Below are positions 63,146-64,000 of a stretch of DNA of 64,000 bases, piece by piece. The notes below the pieces were generated by a model, which saw only the letters and a list, made by a program, of their open reading frames with translations, did not search any database and was not told the origin of the DNA. Source of the stretch: Saprospiraceae bacterium (lineage in GTDB: Bacteria; Bacteroidota; Bacteroidia; Chitinophagales; Saprospiraceae); the NCBI GenBank assembly GCA_041392765.1, contig JAWKLL010000021.1, forward strand, positions 4,542 to 68,541. Direction: 5' to 3'. Position numbers and translations under genes: made by a program. The stretch's first letter is position 1, and the number at the start of each line of letters is the position of its first letter.

Positions 63146-64000
63146 TTACTCTTCTTCATCAGGAAAATCAATGACCAATTGAATACCTTCTGCTTCCTGC
63201 TCCCGCTCCAAATTGGAAACCGTGACCCCCAAAAGTCGTACGGCTCCCACTTCCGCAGCATGGTCATCGAGCAGGCTTTGCACAATATCTTGCAGCAACC
63301 CTAACTTCCTCACTTCCGATGAGAAAGAACGAGCGCGAGTGAATTGCTGGAAATCAGGTGTTTTCATCTTCACCGTCACTGTGCGCCCGAAGTTATGAGC
63401 TTTTGACATATATTCAAAAACTTTTCCAGCAACCAATTGGCGCGCTTCTTCATTTCAGCTAAATCGGAAATATCTTCGCTATACGTTCGCTCGGCATACG
63501 ATAGACTTGCGGATGCGCTGGGGGTTCACGGGGCTGATCATCCCACCCCTGACCATGCGGTAGTAATGTCGGCCTGCCTTGCCAAAACGCTTCACTAACT
63601 CAATTTCGGGCAAATCCTTGAGATCTGCTCCGGTACGCACCCATACGCTGGAGCTTTGAAGCCGTTACTTTCCCGATACCATAAAACTTACCGATGGGCA
63701 AGGCTTCTAAAAAAGCAGGTGCTTCATGGGGTAAAATGACTTTCATTCCATTGGGTTTATTAATATCAGATGCTATTTTGGCTAAAAACTTGCAATAGGA
63801 AACACCAGCGGAGGCCGTGAGGCCTGTGGCATCAAATATCTCTTGGCGGATAGCTTTCGCAATCAGGGTAGCAGACTTAGAGGTAGCCTTCGTGAAGCAT
63901 CTAAATCCTTCATCTAAGAGAGGGTTCCACCAATGAGGTATAGGACAAAAAAATTTCACGTATCTGATTGGACACTTGTTTGTAAACTTCAAATCGGTGG
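63146..64000 (-). pseudogene. dinB: DNA polymerase IV (Y-family), frameshifted; the 5' part runs off the window
   Basis: The C-terminal ORF 63146-63436 is the little-finger region (..VRLLGVTVSNL..). ORF 63600-63992 reads ..[23 protein letters not shown]...[13 protein letters not shown]... At least 2 frame changes occur between 63437 and 63600. Confidence 0.75.

Noticed and set aside
1-64000. Visual search for tRNA, rRNA, tmRNA, CRISPR-cas, toxin-antitoxin pairs, restriction-modification, retron/DGR reverse transcriptases and prophage genes.
   Set aside because: No T-arm/acceptor-like tRNA signature was seen in any intergenic region. No reverse transcriptase, integrase, nuclease-methylase pair or phage structural gene was recognised. 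The only mobile gene is the single IS transposase. This is a negative result by eye only, and tRNA and covariance-model scans would be needed for certainty.

Overview
The window is a Bacteroidota-type chromosomal segment. This assignment rests on several features: type A T9SS sorting tails on at least six secreted proteins, and type B 'gliding motility' C-terminal domains on two more. There are also TonB-dependent receptors partnered with DUF4465 and DUF4249 proteins, and TAnnTTTG -7 boxes. The species cannot be named from the sequence alone.

Content from left to right:
- A cobalamin-riboswitch-controlled btuB-like receptor operon.
- A giant TamB-like protein and an S8 protease.
- pruA.
- A glycosylation cluster (GtrB-like GT2, YfhO-like GT-C, GT4, GT2) interrupted by two coiled-coil genes, one of them a membrane-anchored PspA-like protein.
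- rmuC and a beta-oxidation pair.
- A 1200-aa reprolysin-like T9SS protease, then msrB.
- An ECF sigma / anti-sigma pair followed by a serine-less ACP-like gene.
- One IS (IS4/IS701-like DDE transposase).
- Two tandem PKD/type-B-CTD adhesin paralogs, then rplS.
- A small lipoprotein gene carrying a (CTTTT)9 tract, followed by a DUF4249 gene and a TBDR.
- A 1012-aa Ala/Glu/Gln/Arg-rich coiled-coil protein.
- kdsB, an FG-GAP T9SS protein, purE-purK, apbE, an M20 peptidase, mdh, two M43-like protease paralogs, and dinB (partial at the window end).

Two global properties stand out:
1. More than 20 recognisable genes are broken by frameshifts. The breaks are patchy, and essential genes (rplS, mdh, purK) are affected, so sequence quality is the leading explanation.
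2. The intergenic space holds at least five families of palindromic, MITE/REP-like interspersed repeats.

I found no tRNA or rRNA genes, no CRISPR array, and no recognisable defence system. The most promising candidates for new biology are the pentanucleotide contingency locus, the giant hendecad-like coiled-coil protein, the membrane-anchored PspA-like pair inside the glycosylation cluster, the serine-less ACP, and the repeat families.
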